Source of the DNA: Podarcis liolepis
Lineage: Eukaryota
Reading direction: 5' to 3' (one strand)
Length of the DNA stretch: 64,000 nt
Assembly: GCA_965112155.1 (NCBI GenBank)
Contig: OZ218108.1
Both the position numbers and the translations under genes were made by a program. Of this stretch, positions 12,267-26,797 are shown one piece after another (the first letter of the stretch is position 1; the number at the start of each line of letters is the position of its first letter). The notes under the pieces were generated by a model. That model was not told the DNA's origin and ran no database searches. It worked only from the letters and a program-made list of their open reading frames with translations.

Positions 12267-12408
12267 AGCTTTCTCCAACCAGATGCCCTCCAGATCTTTT
12301 GAACCACCACTCCCATTGTCCCTGGCCATTGGCCACACTGGCTGAGGCCGATGAGGCTTGGTGTCAGAAACTACCAGGAAGGCGGGCACAAGGTTGGAGA
12401 AGACTCTG
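12267..12408. mobile_element. Degenerate hAT-type palindromic MITE
   Basis: Similar to 18012-18149 (ctccagat...actcccat...ggttggagaagact). Confidence 0.6.
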
Positions 12409-14412
12409 CTAGGCAAGCCTGGGTTCTCATAATCCCTACTCTTCTTTGAAGGTCACTGGGTGGCCTTGGGAAGTTCGCCTGCTTGGGCAAGCCCCCAACA
12501 TGGGATAATCTGCAAGTGTGCCGCCCTGAGCTCTGTGGATATACAGATTTGATAGAACCAGCGGGGGGTGGGGTAGCCAGCTGCAAGCAACCCATCCCCC
12601 CACCCCCACCAAAAAAACAGGGGGGGTATTCAACACTCCCTATTGTAATACTGAAGTTTGTTCTGGCCAGTCACCCCCACATGCAGTTTGCAGTTATACA
12701 CACTGACATTAATTGTGGCACTGAGTTTTCAAGTGCATGCACTATTGTTAATTAAATCTTAGCAAGCAGAGTAAGAACCTCAATTGATGAGGCAGTTTAA
12801 TATATGTGTTTAATAATATATCGTTGTACTGGTGTTTGGTTTTGTTGGTGATTTTTGCTTAAGAGATTATACACACAAACACACTTTTCTCTGCTTTATT
12901 TTTCCAAGCTTAGTGCATGAGTTTTGCTGGCTTGCAGGTAGAGGGAATCTTTATCTGTGCAGGCTTTTTTGCTGAATCATTAAAAAAATGTAAGCAGTTG
13001 ATTTTCCAATGGATCAGTTTTGCATCATTGTGTTTTGACAAGAAATGCATTTTACATCTGGAGAGAAAGGGATTGAATCCCTTTTAAAATTTGCTATAGA
13101 TGCAAAGTCCCATTGAAGTAGGTAGGAGTTAAAAGCAGTTACTTGGAAGTACATCCTGCTGAATTCAACAAGGCTTAGATAAATGTGCAAAGGATTGTAG
13201 CCTTACAGCACAATCCTACGCTTGCCTACTTGAGAAATAGTATCATTGAATTTCAATAGGGATTACTTCCAGGAGAGGTTCTATAGGATTGCAGTATTGT
13301 GCTGAATAGGCCCCATACATTTAAAGCACAAGTAATTTTCTCTCCTAAAAAATCCTGGGAACTATAGTTTACCTCTCACAGCTACAGTTCCCGGTGCTCT
13401 TAGGCGCCATCGCCCAGCACCCTGAGAGGTCCACTACTGATGCTTGCCCCGGGGCCCCGTGTCATCATTTCCCCGCCTGGCTCAGCACTCGGAGGAGGGC
13501 CAGCAGCTGGATTGACCAACCATATTTATATCCCACAATGCCCCCTTTAATGAGAAATCAAAGGTAGTGTAACATGCATATGTCCGCCCTTGCTCAGAAT
13601 TAAAGACCCCTTGTAGCCATCTGCTGCTGGGGATAGTTCCCCAGTTGCAGAGAGAAATTTGCATGTGCCAGTCTTTGCCTGGAACATTTCTGAGGCCCTT
13701 TATGGATGTGCCTTCGGGAAAACACCAGGGATTGAAACAAACCGCTGCCTGCCTCTACTCCAAAATGGGAAGGTTCTCTTGGCTGTCATGAAATAAGCAC
13801 TGATGGGGACCCTCTCCTACCTTGTGCATTTGCTCAAAGAAGGACATTCATATTGTATCAAATAAGCGCTGCCCAGGAAACAGGTAGATATGCTCCTCAT
13901 TTGCAGGCTAAAGCAAACATGACAAATGAAAGAAGCAGAGCCATGTAAATTTAAAAGAGCAAATGAGAGTGGCTGAGCAAAAAGACTGCTTTCAAAGCAT
14001 GTACCCTGGCCCATTTTCTCTCATTTCCCCCACATAATTCCCCCCCCTTTTGTTTTCAAGTTATGCAGTTTGTATGGGGAAATAGATATCAGAGAGAAGT
14101 GGTAGACAAGGAGTTTGAGAAACCGTGCTCAATGTTCTCAAGCTTGGAGACAGCGTTGGAGGGAGGGGCATTTGCCATGCAAATGTACATTTTGGCCAGT
14201 GCAGGTTTTCCATTCATAACCTGACGAGCTGTTTCCAAGCCTCATGTGTGAAAACACCCCTAGGAACAGGGGAAAGGCGCACATCCTGTTTTATGTCACA
14301 TGGGGGAGCAGCCCCTCGCTGCCAGGTGGAAATGGAAAAGCACCAATGGCCCGTTTCTGTTAAGTGTGGTGGCTGTCTTTGCTGCCTATGGAAATGTTTG
14401 GTGATTTGTTAA

Positions 14413-14558
14413 TTCATAGAATCGTAGAGTTTGGACCACAAGGATTATGTAGTCCAACCCCCTGCAATGCAGGAATCTTTTGCCAGATGTGGGGCTCGAA
14501 CCCACAGCCCCTGAGAATAAGAGTCTTGTTCATTCTCTACCGACTGAGCTATCCAAGC
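14413..14558 (-). mobile_element. tRNA-Lys-headed SINE with CR1-type tail
   Basis: Reverse complement of the 8278-8426 family (catagaat...gtccaaccccctgcaatgcaggaatc...ctaccgactgagctatcc). Confidence 0.82.
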
Positions 14559-15857
14559 CAGCGTCCATTTCCCTAATGGCCTAGCAAACATGTTTGTCCA
14601 CCTAGAAACCACAATATGGAATTTTTCTCCCCATCCCCTGCCCTAGTCTTTCTCTCTTCTTCTGTTCATGCCCCCCCAGATCATAGGATTGGACCCACGG
14701 ACTCCTTGTTTAAGTTGCTAGGAGTTGGCCTCATTGCGCCCTCTCCGCATCATCTAACCAGCAGCTAACATGAATGCCATTTCAAGTCCGAAGGGACTGC
14801 CAAAGGGAACTTCCTTGGAGCATGAATCATGTCAGCTCTCCCTGGACCCTTGTGCCTATATTAAGATTCTGGAGGCTTGGAACTCTTTCTTCCAGTGCAC
14901 TGTGCTGCTGGAGAACTTCAGCCTGGGGAAAGCTGAGCTAGGGGGTTGCAGAAATGGATTTTCTCCCTTGCAGTAAGGGTAGCTGTTGCAGCACAAGCTG
15001 CTATATCAACCTAGCTCCCAGATACTGTAGTCTTCAAAATTACACAAACACGTGATTGCAAACCTGTTACCAAAGCACAAAATAAAGTTTTGCAGCTCAG
15101 GATAATAATAATTAAATATTGCATATGAGCGTGGTAGGCAGAACATCACAGGAGTATCAGTTGGAGGGCTTTGTCAGTTGATACTTGCAGTGGGCTGCTG
15201 TATCTCCAGTTTCATGATCTTGTTTTTAAAATGCCAGAGATGCTCTGTTCTTTGTGAGAAAGCTATATCCACAAACAAAAAATGAAGAGTGCTCCAGTTT
15301 CCATAGCATTGGAGGGGGGGGACGGACGGTGCTTAGTTTTTTTAGTGAGCGGATGAGAGCTTTTGATCTTTTTCATACTCTTTCCAACAAGGATACTTGA
15401 AATCGTGCAGGGTTGACATTTTTCAATTTATGTGATGGCTTTTTGAAAAGTGCACTTCATATCAAAATACAAAAATATGGCCTAGGAATATGAGAAGCCA
15501 AGAATATTGTTTTCTTTCTTCTGTAGGACAAAAGTGGGTGTGGGTGTGTATAAATATTTGAATGGCAGTAATCCCCCTCCCCCCCAAAATTAAAATCTAG
15601 TACATTTGCAGCGTTATTTGATCTGTCTGCCATCGTCCCCACAGTTTGTTTTCAGCATCTGTTTATATAACATTAAGTAGAATAATGTATTTCTCCTGGA
15701 AATACCATTTGACTCTGCATTATGCCCATTGAAGTAAGCTGGTTTGCTGAATTAAATGTTTGAATATGCCTAATATTAAAAAGAACACTGAATTTTCTCA
15801 TTGCAAAGACTTCAATTCTTGCCTATTGACATGTCCTGTTTTTGCTTTTCTTTGCAG

Positions 15858-15951
15858 TTTAAAAGAATGCTCAACCGGGAGCTAACCCACTTATCTGAAA
15901 TGAGCCGATCGGGCAATCAGGTCTCTGAATATATATCCAACACCTTTTTAG
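15858..15951 (+). CDS. PDE4D: PDE4D coding exon (UCR2 C-terminal half) [31 protein letters not shown]
   Basis: Polypyrimidine tract plus cag acceptor, 94 nt, G|gtaagc donor; PDE4 UCR2 sequence. Confidence 0.97.
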
Positions 15952-18011
15952 GTAAGCTTACGATTATGGACACTAGTACTCTTTGTGCTGTTTCTTGTGC
16001 TTTTCCTTCCTCTCCACCAGTAACATCCAGATGGAAAGTTTATGAAAATTCATATCCTGTGCTGTTGGTTTAACTGCAGTATTTTTCAAACGTATGCATA
16101 TAAATCACTATTGGTTAAATAAAATTCAGTGCCCTGTTTTATTTTTCCACACACTCTTTCCTTTACATTGAATATGTCCCTGTTGTGTTCACAAAGTTCA
16201 ATTGGACAGAGTTCTCAAATACTGTTCCCTTTCACGCTAAAATAGAGTATTGTGATGTATTATTTGACAATCTGTGTTCAAAAGCATCATTGCTTATCTA
16301 TTCAAAAGCATCATTGCTAATCATGGCACTCTCACACACAACAGCAATCTTGGGTACCCCAAGGTTTGCAGAAGTACAGAAATATTCAGACGTCTCCATC
16401 CCCTTCCCACAAAGCCCCAGTGAGGACTGAGTGTACTCATTGGCCCCTGAATCCTGACTGGCTGTTTTAAGTTGGAAATGGAATGGAATATCCTGGAGGG
16501 AAACCCTGCAACATTTTCTTGCAGGTGCTACTTGTTTAATATAGTCTCGTTTGCTAAATACTCCCTATCTATGTATCTATCTAAGCATCTATCTAAAGAC
16601 AAATTAAACACGGCAGCTGCAAGCCTAAACTCTCTTACCATGGTGTAAATCCCATTGAACAGTAAGTAGGACTTACTTCTGAGTAAGCATGGTCCAACTG
16701 ACCAATTCTGATAGTGCTTTATACCTTCAGCTGATGTTGATACTGCTGCAGTTCCCACCGCTGTTCAGTTTTTAAAATGGCTTACCATTTTAGCAGAGGG
16801 AAGTTGCAGCATCGAACAAAACTCTGTGTGCACAATTCTGCCCCCCCCCCCCACTGTCTTGCTTCTTGGGATTTCAGCCTAAATCTTCTGGCACAGTCAT
16901 GGTTTTTCTCTAAAGTATTACTTGCATCCTGTGGTTTGGTAAAGAAGTATAAATTGATATACCCCCTTCAGTCTTTGGGTTGTGTCCAGTGGTAGCTTTG
17001 AATGAGCAGAATTGCTTACAGTCCTGCTAAGCAAAACAAATCTCCCCACCCTACTGCGGCCCTCTGCATACTGTTCCATAGAATTGCCCACCCCCGAGAA
17101 GCAGCTTGGGGGAAAACGAGGAGGTTATTATATGTAGAGGAGAGATATATAAACCACCCACATGGTACGTGTGATCACGCTTGTGTCATACTAGTTCACA
17201 CTCGTGCCAACAAAAGAAGAAGGCATTGTTACTCGAGGACCATTAAGCCTGCACAGTGCCCTGCTCTTCCTACATCACTCACTTTTGTGGCATCACAAAC
17301 AGCTGGCCATTGGTGGGACTGAGCAGAGCACTGGTGCAAGAGGTCAGCACTCTTGTGCTCTTGAGATATGGGCTTGCGCTCAACTTAATGGGCAGCCTGT
17401 TGTGCTTTCCTGCAGCTTATATAAACCATTGCCAAGACACAGCTGGCCAACTTAAAATTATGTTGATTATTAGGGAAACGTGAAGAGGGAGACCATTTTG
17501 TGTCCGAATTTGCTAGACCAGAACTTGGTTCTGTTCGCTGTGGCTTAAAAACTAAATACCTTTTCCTATTTAGTATAGATACACCCGAAACAAATCCTTT
17601 ATAAAACAAAACTCGGCTCTAAGCCTTTGAAAAATGTAGGTGATCTCTAAAACTGAACCCTGTGTCATGAAATTCTACTGAATATTGAGCCAGTGTACAG
17701 TATAGTTAGCAGAGTAAAACTTAAACATGTTGCAGGATTCCAAAAAAAATAGATCAGAGGCAATTAATATTTCATCCGGCAGAGCTTTACTGCTACTGAA
17801 GGCAAATGAGCATAATGGTCACAAATCCAATACATTCAGGATTGGCACTGTCCATAAGAAACCCAGCTGCAGCAGACTTAACTTAAACTTACAATAAAAC
17901 TAAACCTTAACTCTATATACAGAACACCACACCAGAAGGAAAAGAGATAGAAAGGGAAAGGGAAACCCAGGCTCCTTCTGGCCTTACTTTGATAGTCAGC
18001 ATGACCTTGAC

Positions 18012-18149
18012 CAGTGGTTCTCAACCTGTGGCTCCCCAGATGTTGTCGGACTACAACTCCCATCATCCCTGAGCTCTGGCCTTGCTAGCTAGGGGTGATG
18101 GGAGTTGTAGTCCAACAACATCTGGGGACCCACAGGTTGAGAAAGGCTG
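18012..18149. mobile_element. hAT-type palindromic MITE with 8-bp TSD
   Basis: Exact TSD accttgac (18004-18011 / 18150-18157); long inverted arms ggactacaactcccatca / tgatgggagttgtagtcc. Confidence 0.9.
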
Positions 18150-19810
18150 ACCTTGACTAAAGGAGAAAACAGAACCAGTTTAAATCAGCTGTACTCGGCT
18201 TCTCTGAAGGAATAACCCAAACACCATGAACCTTCTACTTGTTTCACACAGAGAAGATCCCAGAACCCTCTTGAATTAATTAGAATAGGAAAGATCACAC
18301 ATCAGATCAATACTTTCTGTACTAAAAAATGCAAACTGACCCCCTGGAGAAAGAAGGGATAAGTTTAGTTTCAGAAACTCGGGGTGGGGGGTGGGGAAGC
18401 TGGAATAAGATTGCCGGCAGAGATGACCTACATAGGAGGATTTTCTCGCTATGACTCACTGAAGAACCCAAGACTTCACTGTCTGCCTGTGTTTCTGTGG
18501 CAGTGAGGGAGATGCATACGCTAAGGAAATGTGTCCACCACAGACCTATAAATTGAACTATCCTGTAAGCAGGACTCGATCCTGTGTTACGTTAAGCAAC
18601 ACAGATCCATTGTTAGACCAGCTTGTTTAAATAGCAGGACTGAAGTTTCGGATCTAATCCAAAGGATCTCGTGCCTATATCATTTGGGAGCTGGAAAACA
18701 ACCATATCTGAGAGCTGCACATTCTGTATCCCAGCCTTAAAGACTTGCGCTGCATTATCCTTAATGCTGTGACACTCTCTTCACGGTTCTGGGTCACATT
18801 GCATTCATTTCCTAATTTTCAGTGCAATGAGCTTTGCTTCCTTTGGGAAAGGGGTGTGATAGGAGCCCTTAAACTATTGTGTAATCCTTTCTTAAAAGAA
18901 GAATTTTGTGTTTAAGGAATGCAGGGAGGGGAAGGGAGAAATATTTTCCAGACTGCAGAACGGAGCCCAGCACGGATAGTGTTAGCTGCTTGCTCACTTT
19001 GAACAAAACCTTAGGAAAACCCATGGAATTCCATGCCCCATCTAAAATCTTCCGGACAGACACTTCCTTTCACTTGAGTTCATCTGACAGTTCGCTTTAC
19101 GATCCTCCCTCATGATGGTCCTAAACTTTGTGCATATGACTGAAGCCATAAACATCAAGGCAAGGCACACGAGTCACTGCTCTTCAGCTACTGTTGGTTT
19201 GTGCCAGTCAAGTGCTCTTCCTTTCCTCTGTGTTTTATTTAATTGGTGATCAAGAGAGGAGCAGTACAGGGGGAAGGAATGGATGCCCAAGGCTAAAAGT
19301 TGGTGACATTTTCACTTCTTTGCAGAGATTCTCTGCTGTTCCAGTAAGTGCTAGTCTGCTTGGAAAGGTTACAGAAAAAGAGAGCGACAGAGATAAGAGA
19401 AAAACAAGCATGCTAAATAAAACACAAATGTAGCCGTGGTCATATTGCATCCCTTTGCATTAATGTTGGTTGTTAGGTGGAGCAAACAGTATGCAGACGC
19501 CTCATTAATGCTCTTGACCCCCACATTGTTATTTCTGGTTTTTATTTTGGGGAAAGATGAGATCAGTGAAGAGAATCTCAAAACAAAGGTGATAATTTTA
19601 CTGAAACAGCTTGATTACAATGTTGTTGTGAGCCCGGTTGTGCTAGCTGGAGTGCTTGCATTGGCTTCCACTAATGGAACTGGGTAGTTGTATCCAACGC
19701 AGAATACTTTTTAATCAGTATTGCTTTTCTCACAACTCTTGAGTGGCCATTGCTGTTCCTCCTGTTGTACAGATGGCAACACAGCCTTGCATTTAAGCAC
19801 TTACCTATTA

Positions 19811-20167
19811 GGTAAAGGTAAGGGACCCCTGACCATTAGGTCCAGTCGTGGCCGACTCTGGGGTTGCCAGAGGCGCTCATCTCGCTTTACTGGCTGAGGG
19901 AGCCGGCGTACAGCTTCCGGGTCATGTGGCCAGCATGACTAAGCCGCTTCTGGCGAACCAGAGCAGCGCACTGAAATGCCGTTTACCTTCCTGCCGGAGT
20001 GGTACCTATTTATCTACTTGCACTTTGACGTGCTTTCGAACTGCTAGGTTGGCAGGAGCAGGGACTGAGCAATGGGAGCTCACCTCGTCGCAGGGATTCG
20101 AACCGCTGACCTTCTGATCAGCAAATCCTAGGCTCTGTGGTTTAACCCACAGCACCACCCGCGTCCC
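19811..20167 (-). mobile_element. Sauria SINE (Squam1), near full length
   Basis: Reverse complement begins gggacgcgggtggtgctgtgggttaaaccacagagcctagg, has B box ggttcgaatccc and an (ACCTTT)n tail; flanked by an imperfect tacct(t)atta duplication. Confidence 0.92.
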
Positions 20168-20637
20168 TACCTTATTATGCAACAACAAATTGCATGTGGT
20201 CAAGTACATGGAATTTCATGTGAGTGAGTGATGGAAGAAAGATGGAGCATTCTATCCTTCCTATGTGTTCAGCATATAAACCAAGTGAGCTGCTAGGAGA
20301 GAACAGAATTATTCCTCTCGTCTATGCCAGTCCCTACCAGGCTAGTATTTTTGGAGTGCTGGTAAGCAGGCTAGTACCTTTTGCAAGTTTATTTACAAGG
20401 CTGTTGTAAAATTAGACTGATGAGAATAAGTGATCTGTTTAAAGCCATAGCAAATCCATTGCTAATCTTGGATTTGAAGCCATCTTTTATGAAGTCAGCT
20501 ATACTGGCTGATTTTGCTGTTCCTGTTTTGTTTTATATCTATGAGTCATAAATCTACTGTAGGGATGTTTTGTGAAAGGCTGACTTTGGTTCAGAGCTGA
20601 ACTTTTACAAGACAGTTCTAATATGCAAACAGATTAA

Positions 20638-20880
<243 letters not shown>

Positions 20881-21029
20881 TAGTGGAGCAATGTGACAAG
20901 CCGGTAAATCACATCCATAAGTTTGCCCACATTAGTATTTATTTACACTTCACTGCATGCCCACTCTAGACATGGCAATTTTCCTTGAGGAGAGTTGTCA
21001 TTGGAACTACATTAGTGCCTCAAGCAAGG

Positions 21030-21165
21030 GGTGTAACATGCAGATGGCTCCAGGTTCATTCCCCATCACCTCCAGGTAGGGATGGAATTCTGAAACCCTG
21101 GAGAGCTGCTGCCAGTCAGTGCTGACAGTCCTGAGCTAGATGGATCAACAGTCTTGGGCATTCCT
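21030..21165 (+). mobile_element. Squam3-type tRNA-derived SINE, degenerate
   Basis: ccaggttcattccc...ctccaggtaggg...gaaaccctggagagctgctgccagtcagtg...ctgagctagatgga. Confidence 0.7.
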
Positions 21166-21481
21166 TAAGCTTTCCCCACTTTGACCATTATAGTGCTCAG
21201 AACATCCAAAAGCACGGAGAATAGCAATAAGAGTATAGCATTTCTGAAGGCTTTCCCACTGATCCCTCTTATTACTGGGTATCAGTGTACTAGTGAAACA
21301 ATTCCGTTCCATTTCTCTCTCTGGAACAAGATACTCCCTCCCTGTTTTAAGTCTAGAAAACTGGTAGCTGACACACTGAGAATGACTGGGATTGGTAACA
21401 GCAATCCAGTGTTACGGTTTTGCATAAACCTCGTTGAAAAACCCGGTATTAGATTCTGTTTTCTGCTCGGTTTCATTTTAG

Positions 21482-22092
<611 letters not shown>

Positions 22093-22529
22093 TGAAGCGT
22101 AAAAGGCATGTTTTACAGAAGCTGTGAAATGTCCCAATTGTATTTCCGCGTCAGCTTTTCAGTTCAGCCTTGGTTTATTTTCTGATGGGTGAATCCAGCA
22201 TTGCATGAGCAGCCGTCAACTTGCAATGGGGCCTTCTCTTCCTTTGTCACCCCTCTCCCACCTACAGCCTCCCAAATCTGCCCCAAACTTTCTGAAGCAG
22301 ATTTGGGGGGCAGGGCACGTGGGGGGCTACAGAGCAGGGAAGAGAAAAGGCAAGTCCCGTTGTGCAAGTTGATGTCTATTGTGCTAGCTTTTACGACTTG
22401 CTGGCTGCTGCTGCCACCAGCAAGGATCCCAACAGCACCGCTTGTGTGTGTGTGCACACATATTTGCCAGCCACATGTCTTTTATCAAAAAGTGTTTCTC
22501 TCCATTTACTGTTTTTCCTTCCCCCTCAG

Positions 22530-22629
22530 GCGGTGTTCACGGACCTGGAGATTCTGGCTGCTATTTTTGCCAGTGCAATACATGATGTAGATCATCCTGG
22601 GGTTTCAAACCAGTTTCTTATCAACACAA
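22530..22629 (+). CDS. PDE4D: PDE4D coding exon [33 protein letters not shown]
   Basis: ccctcag acceptor, 100 nt, A|gtaagt donor; HDxDHPG metal-binding class I PDE signature. Confidence 0.97.
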
Positions 22630-23269
22630 GTAAGTGTGGTCTATTTCTGGTAAAACTTGCTCAGTTCACGCATTACATTAAAGCCGTAGGATTTTATTTG
22701 TTTTTTTTTTTTTTTAAACTGTGGCTTTAGGTAATGAACAGCACTCTGAGAACCACTGCTGGAAAGGTCCTGGGGGTGCCCCTCCTGTGGCCGTGCCACC
22801 TCAAGCAAAACAAACCATAGTTTGGCTTCTTGTGTCCTCCAAACCCAGGCTTGTGGTTTTCCCCAAACCAACCACAAGTGGTAAGCCAAGAACAAGCCTC
22901 AGTTACCACTTGTGGTTTGTTTGAAGAAAACATACCCAGAGCCTTTGTTGTACAAAATAACAAGCCAGAGTGGCTCATTTTGTCCAGGATCAGGAGTGCC
23001 ACAGGTATTTAAGAGCACCATGCACCAACTTATGCCTGCTTGTTTATGTGGAAGTAGGTGTATTGTGTTTTTGCAGCATTAATGTATGTGACCTAGTTCT
23101 TCTTATTTATTAAAATTGTATACCGCAGATCACGGGGTGCTTCACAACATAAAAATGCAATGTAAACGGACAAAATACATGATGAAACCCTCTCCAGAAA
23201 CGAATAACACACTGACCCCTACCAAACTATCAATTGCATATTGTTTCTTGTTTCTGTTGATTAATAATA

Positions 23270-23469
23270 CAGTGGTACCTCGGGTTAAGAACTTAATTCG
23301 TTCTGGAGGTCTGTTCTTAACCTGAAGCACCACTTTAGCTAATGGGGCCTCCTGCGCCGCTGCTGCACAATTTCTGTTCTCATCCTGAAGCAAAGTTCTT
23401 AACCCGAGGTACTATTTCTGGGTTAGCGGAGTCTGTAACCTGAAGCGTATGTAACCCGAGCTACCACTG
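23270..23469. mobile_element. Tc1/mariner-type MITE (cagtggtacctc family)
   Basis: TIRs plus TA TSD; reverse orientation of the 9102 copy. Confidence 0.9.
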
Positions 23470-23836
23470 TAATCTATTAATTATATGCCACCCATCTGAC
23501 TTGAGTTCTCCCAGCCACTCTGGGCAGCTCCCAATAAAAAAAAGCAAAAACACAATACAAACCACACACTAAAAACTTCCTTGTTTTTTTGCTGCTGCTG
23601 TGCTTACTAAAAGCCACAGAGGCAGCAGTCTAAAGTGGGTAATGGACGGAACGTTGGCTCCCTTAACTCTTCCTCCACAGTGGTGCAGTTTGTTAATTTC
23701 AGATTCTGGACTTAGGGTCTTACAGCTTTCAATGAAGGCCTGATCCAACTTCACAAACAATGCTATAAATCTGTAGGCCAGATATTCAATAATAAGAACC
23801 TAATATTTTTTTGCTCCAGCCCACTGATCACCCCTT

Positions 23837-24075
23837 GGGGAAGGGCCCTGGCTCAGTTGCGGAGCACAAGCCTTGCAGGTAGAAGGTCCACGGTTCGTTC
23901 CCCCCCATCTCCAGGTAGGGCTGGGAGAGATCCTGTCCGCAATCTGGAGACCCACTGCCAGTCATAGAATTAGAGTTGGAAGAGACCAACTTATGCAATG
24001 CAGGAATCTGAGATTAAGAGTCTCATACTCATAGACAACACTGAGTGAGGGGGACCAATGGCCAGACTTTTATAA
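23837..24075 (+). mobile_element. Squam3-type SINE containing a nested, deleted tRNA-Lys/CR1-tail SINE (23962-24035, minus strand)
   Basis: ggggaagggccctggctcagttgcggagca...ctccaggtagggctggg...ctgccagt [insert] agacaacactgag...ggaccaatgg; insert bounded by a tcataga direct repeat. Confidence 0.75.
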
Positions 24076-25930
24076 AGTTAACCCAGTATACTTTTTCACC
24101 CAAGCATTGCCACGGACTTCCCTACTGGGCCACCAAAACAGATGGACGCTTGAATGGGGTGCATAAAGTGCATTAAGTTTAAGGGTGGGTAGGTGAGAGA
24201 CACTGGATTACATCATCAGTGCAGATGCAATTTTTAGAAACATGATTTTCCACTAATATACAAGTAAGCTATTCCCTGCCACGCAGAGAGATCTTGGTCA
24301 TAAAGCAGTGCATGCCACTCATAAAATGCTAATGTGTTCAAAAATTGTTTGCGTACTGTTCCTGGGAATTACAGGCATCTTGCCACATCACGACAACTGG
24401 ATAATTATTAGACTCCAAAAAACCCTTGCTTCCCTCATTGAAAATACATTTTTTTTAAATGCAGAACACTAAAAGCTTGAGGATTTTATGAATTAGTCAT
24501 TTACTGTGGGAGGTTACTGTTCTACAAAGTGCAACTTTTTTTGGTTTTGATTCTTAAACCTTTCACATGTGACTATGAGATAAATGGAGAGTTCATTGGC
24601 AAAACAAAGTCTCCCTCCCACTTTCCGTCATGTTATGCCTCTGGGAGAAAAAGAGCGAGAGGGAAGATTCCTTGGCTCACGTGTTTGGTACAGGAGAGCG
24701 AGACTGCGGGAAAATAAATTGGAGCTCAAGAGCTTCGGCATGCGGTTGAGCTGCAGGGATTTTTCAGCCAAACTTTACAAAAACAAACCACAGCACCCTA
24801 AACAAAGCGACAGTCAGTAAAACAGACTGATGCTCAGCTAGCTTTAGGATATGGAAACTGTAATAAGCAGAAATTAATGTCAACCAGTGACAAGCAGTGT
24901 GTTTCACGGGTCTTGTATCTAGAAGAATCTAGGCTGAATAGAGGGAATGAAACACATCTATAACTGAGTGCCTCGTTAGGGGGTTTGTAAATAAATGCAA
25001 GTTGACTGGTTTTTGTTTTTCTTACCACAAATGTTCCAAGATGTTTGTGCGTGTACTTCACTTGATTTCGTCATCATGTACAGACCGAGATAGAGGTTTG
25101 CATTTGGAGAGCATAGGACGTCTCTCCGCAGTTTTTGGTAGCAGTGAGCAGGAGGAAGCCAGGAATTTCAAACCAATGCAAGGAAAGGATATATGTGCAC
25201 TTGGTACAAGAATAGGCTCTTCATGGGGGGGAAAGGGACAAAAAGGCAGTGAAAGTGAGAAACTGCTTACAAGGAGGTAATCACTGTGCAGTTTAAATCC
25301 TGAAACCGTTCTAAAGGAGTAAGACATAAATTCTACATGCTTCAAATATTCAGTGACAGAAGTGGCAGGAGGAGGACTTTATGCCCAATGTGACCTGATA
25401 ATGCACACAAAGGAGAGTTTTGGGGACAAAATTCGTATTGATATTCACTGAGTGCTTATTAATGCAGAGTAAGCCTTTGCTGCAAGATTTGATCATGATT
25501 GTTATGGCTTCCTCTCGCTTCTGAAATTTTGCAAAGCCTTCAGAAGAAAGGTGTTTTTCAAAATTCCAAGAGCAGGAGGAAATCAATGATCACGATCAGA
25601 TCTTGCAGCAAACACATCCTCTGCATAATGCAAGCATTTAGTGTTCTCCAGAACAGTGGAGCCAATTGTAGCTGAAGAAAGATCTATTGCCAAATATTGT
25701 TACCTGCAGCCTTCTGAACCCAGTTCTGGTTTTGTTTTGTTGTTTTGGCATTCTACACATAACAGCTGTTGAGCTAGCTCAAGAGAGGCAATGTGATGTT
25801 CCAGCCATGTAAATTATAAGTTGTTCTTTTTGGATATCTTGCAACTGTGAGAAGTCAGAAAGAAAACTTGTGGACAGGTAGGAAAGGGATATAGGCTTTC
25901 TTAACGTTCTACCTTGTGACTGTCTTACAG

Positions 25931-26085
25931 ACTCTGAACTTGCCTTGATGTACAACGATTCATCAGTCCTGGAAAACCATCATTTAGCTGTGGGCTTCAA
26001 GTTACTGCAGGAAGAAAATTGCGACATTTTCCAGAACTTGACAAAAAAGCAAAGGCAATCATTGAGGAAGATGGTCATTGACATA
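25931..26085 (+). CDS. PDE4D: PDE4D coding exon [18 protein letters not shown]...LRKMVIDI
   Basis: ttacag acceptor, 155 nt, ATA|gtgagt donor; SVLENHH motif. Confidence 0.97.
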
Positions 26086-26797
26086 GTGAGTTGCCATTTG
26101 AATGTACCTATCTATCTTCGTACTTCCTTGTACTTTTCTGGTAGGATTTAAAACCTAAAATTGCACACAAGGTGCTTTTTCCTAAAGCATTTTAAACTTT
26201 ATTTTAACAGAACAGATTCTCAGTAGCTTGTTTAGTCTTTACTCATAATCATTTTGAATTTACCCACCTGTTCTGAAAAAAATACCCTGCTGCTGAGTTA
26301 TGAGTGATTATGAACTATTCCACACAAAGTGGTTCTCCCTGGGTTTGGCTGTTCATGGGAACACTCAGAAAACATTTATTCTGCACCCACAAAACCTCTC
26401 CGAATTGGTGTCGGTATAGATTATAGCTAGGTATTTAGTATAAGATGCTGCCACTATGCCTGATTAAATTCCACACATCATCAACATCATCATTTTATTT
26501 GTACGCTGCTTTTCCACAGTTAAAAACAACGCTCAAGGCAGCTTACAACATGACAAGATTTACATAATTACAAAAGTCATAAACAATAAATAAACCACAT
26601 CAAAAAAATACACAACCAAATGGAAAACAATTTCCACATAAATCAACATCTAAAACTAAGAATACAGCATTAATATCACAGTTTAAAGTGACATAGGTAA
26701 AAAAATAACAGCAATTTAAAAACAAAAATGGAGCCCTCTCTGTCCGGCAGCAGTCCTTTGTGGAGCCTGTCAGGCCCTGCCCTAGGTCAGGTGGTGA

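Noticed and set aside
1-15857. Upstream shared PDE4D exons (UCR1, LEELDWCLDQLE exon) and the PDE4D1/2 first exon
   Set aside because: No matching coding sequence found; they presumably lie upstream of the window.
16277-16318. Direct repeat ttcaaaagcatcattgct x2
   Set aside because: Simple local tandem duplication with 24-bp period; no further structure.
18958-18982. REST/RE1 site (cccagcacggatagtg)
   Set aside because: Half-site spacing and sequence do not fit the canonical RE1 consensus.
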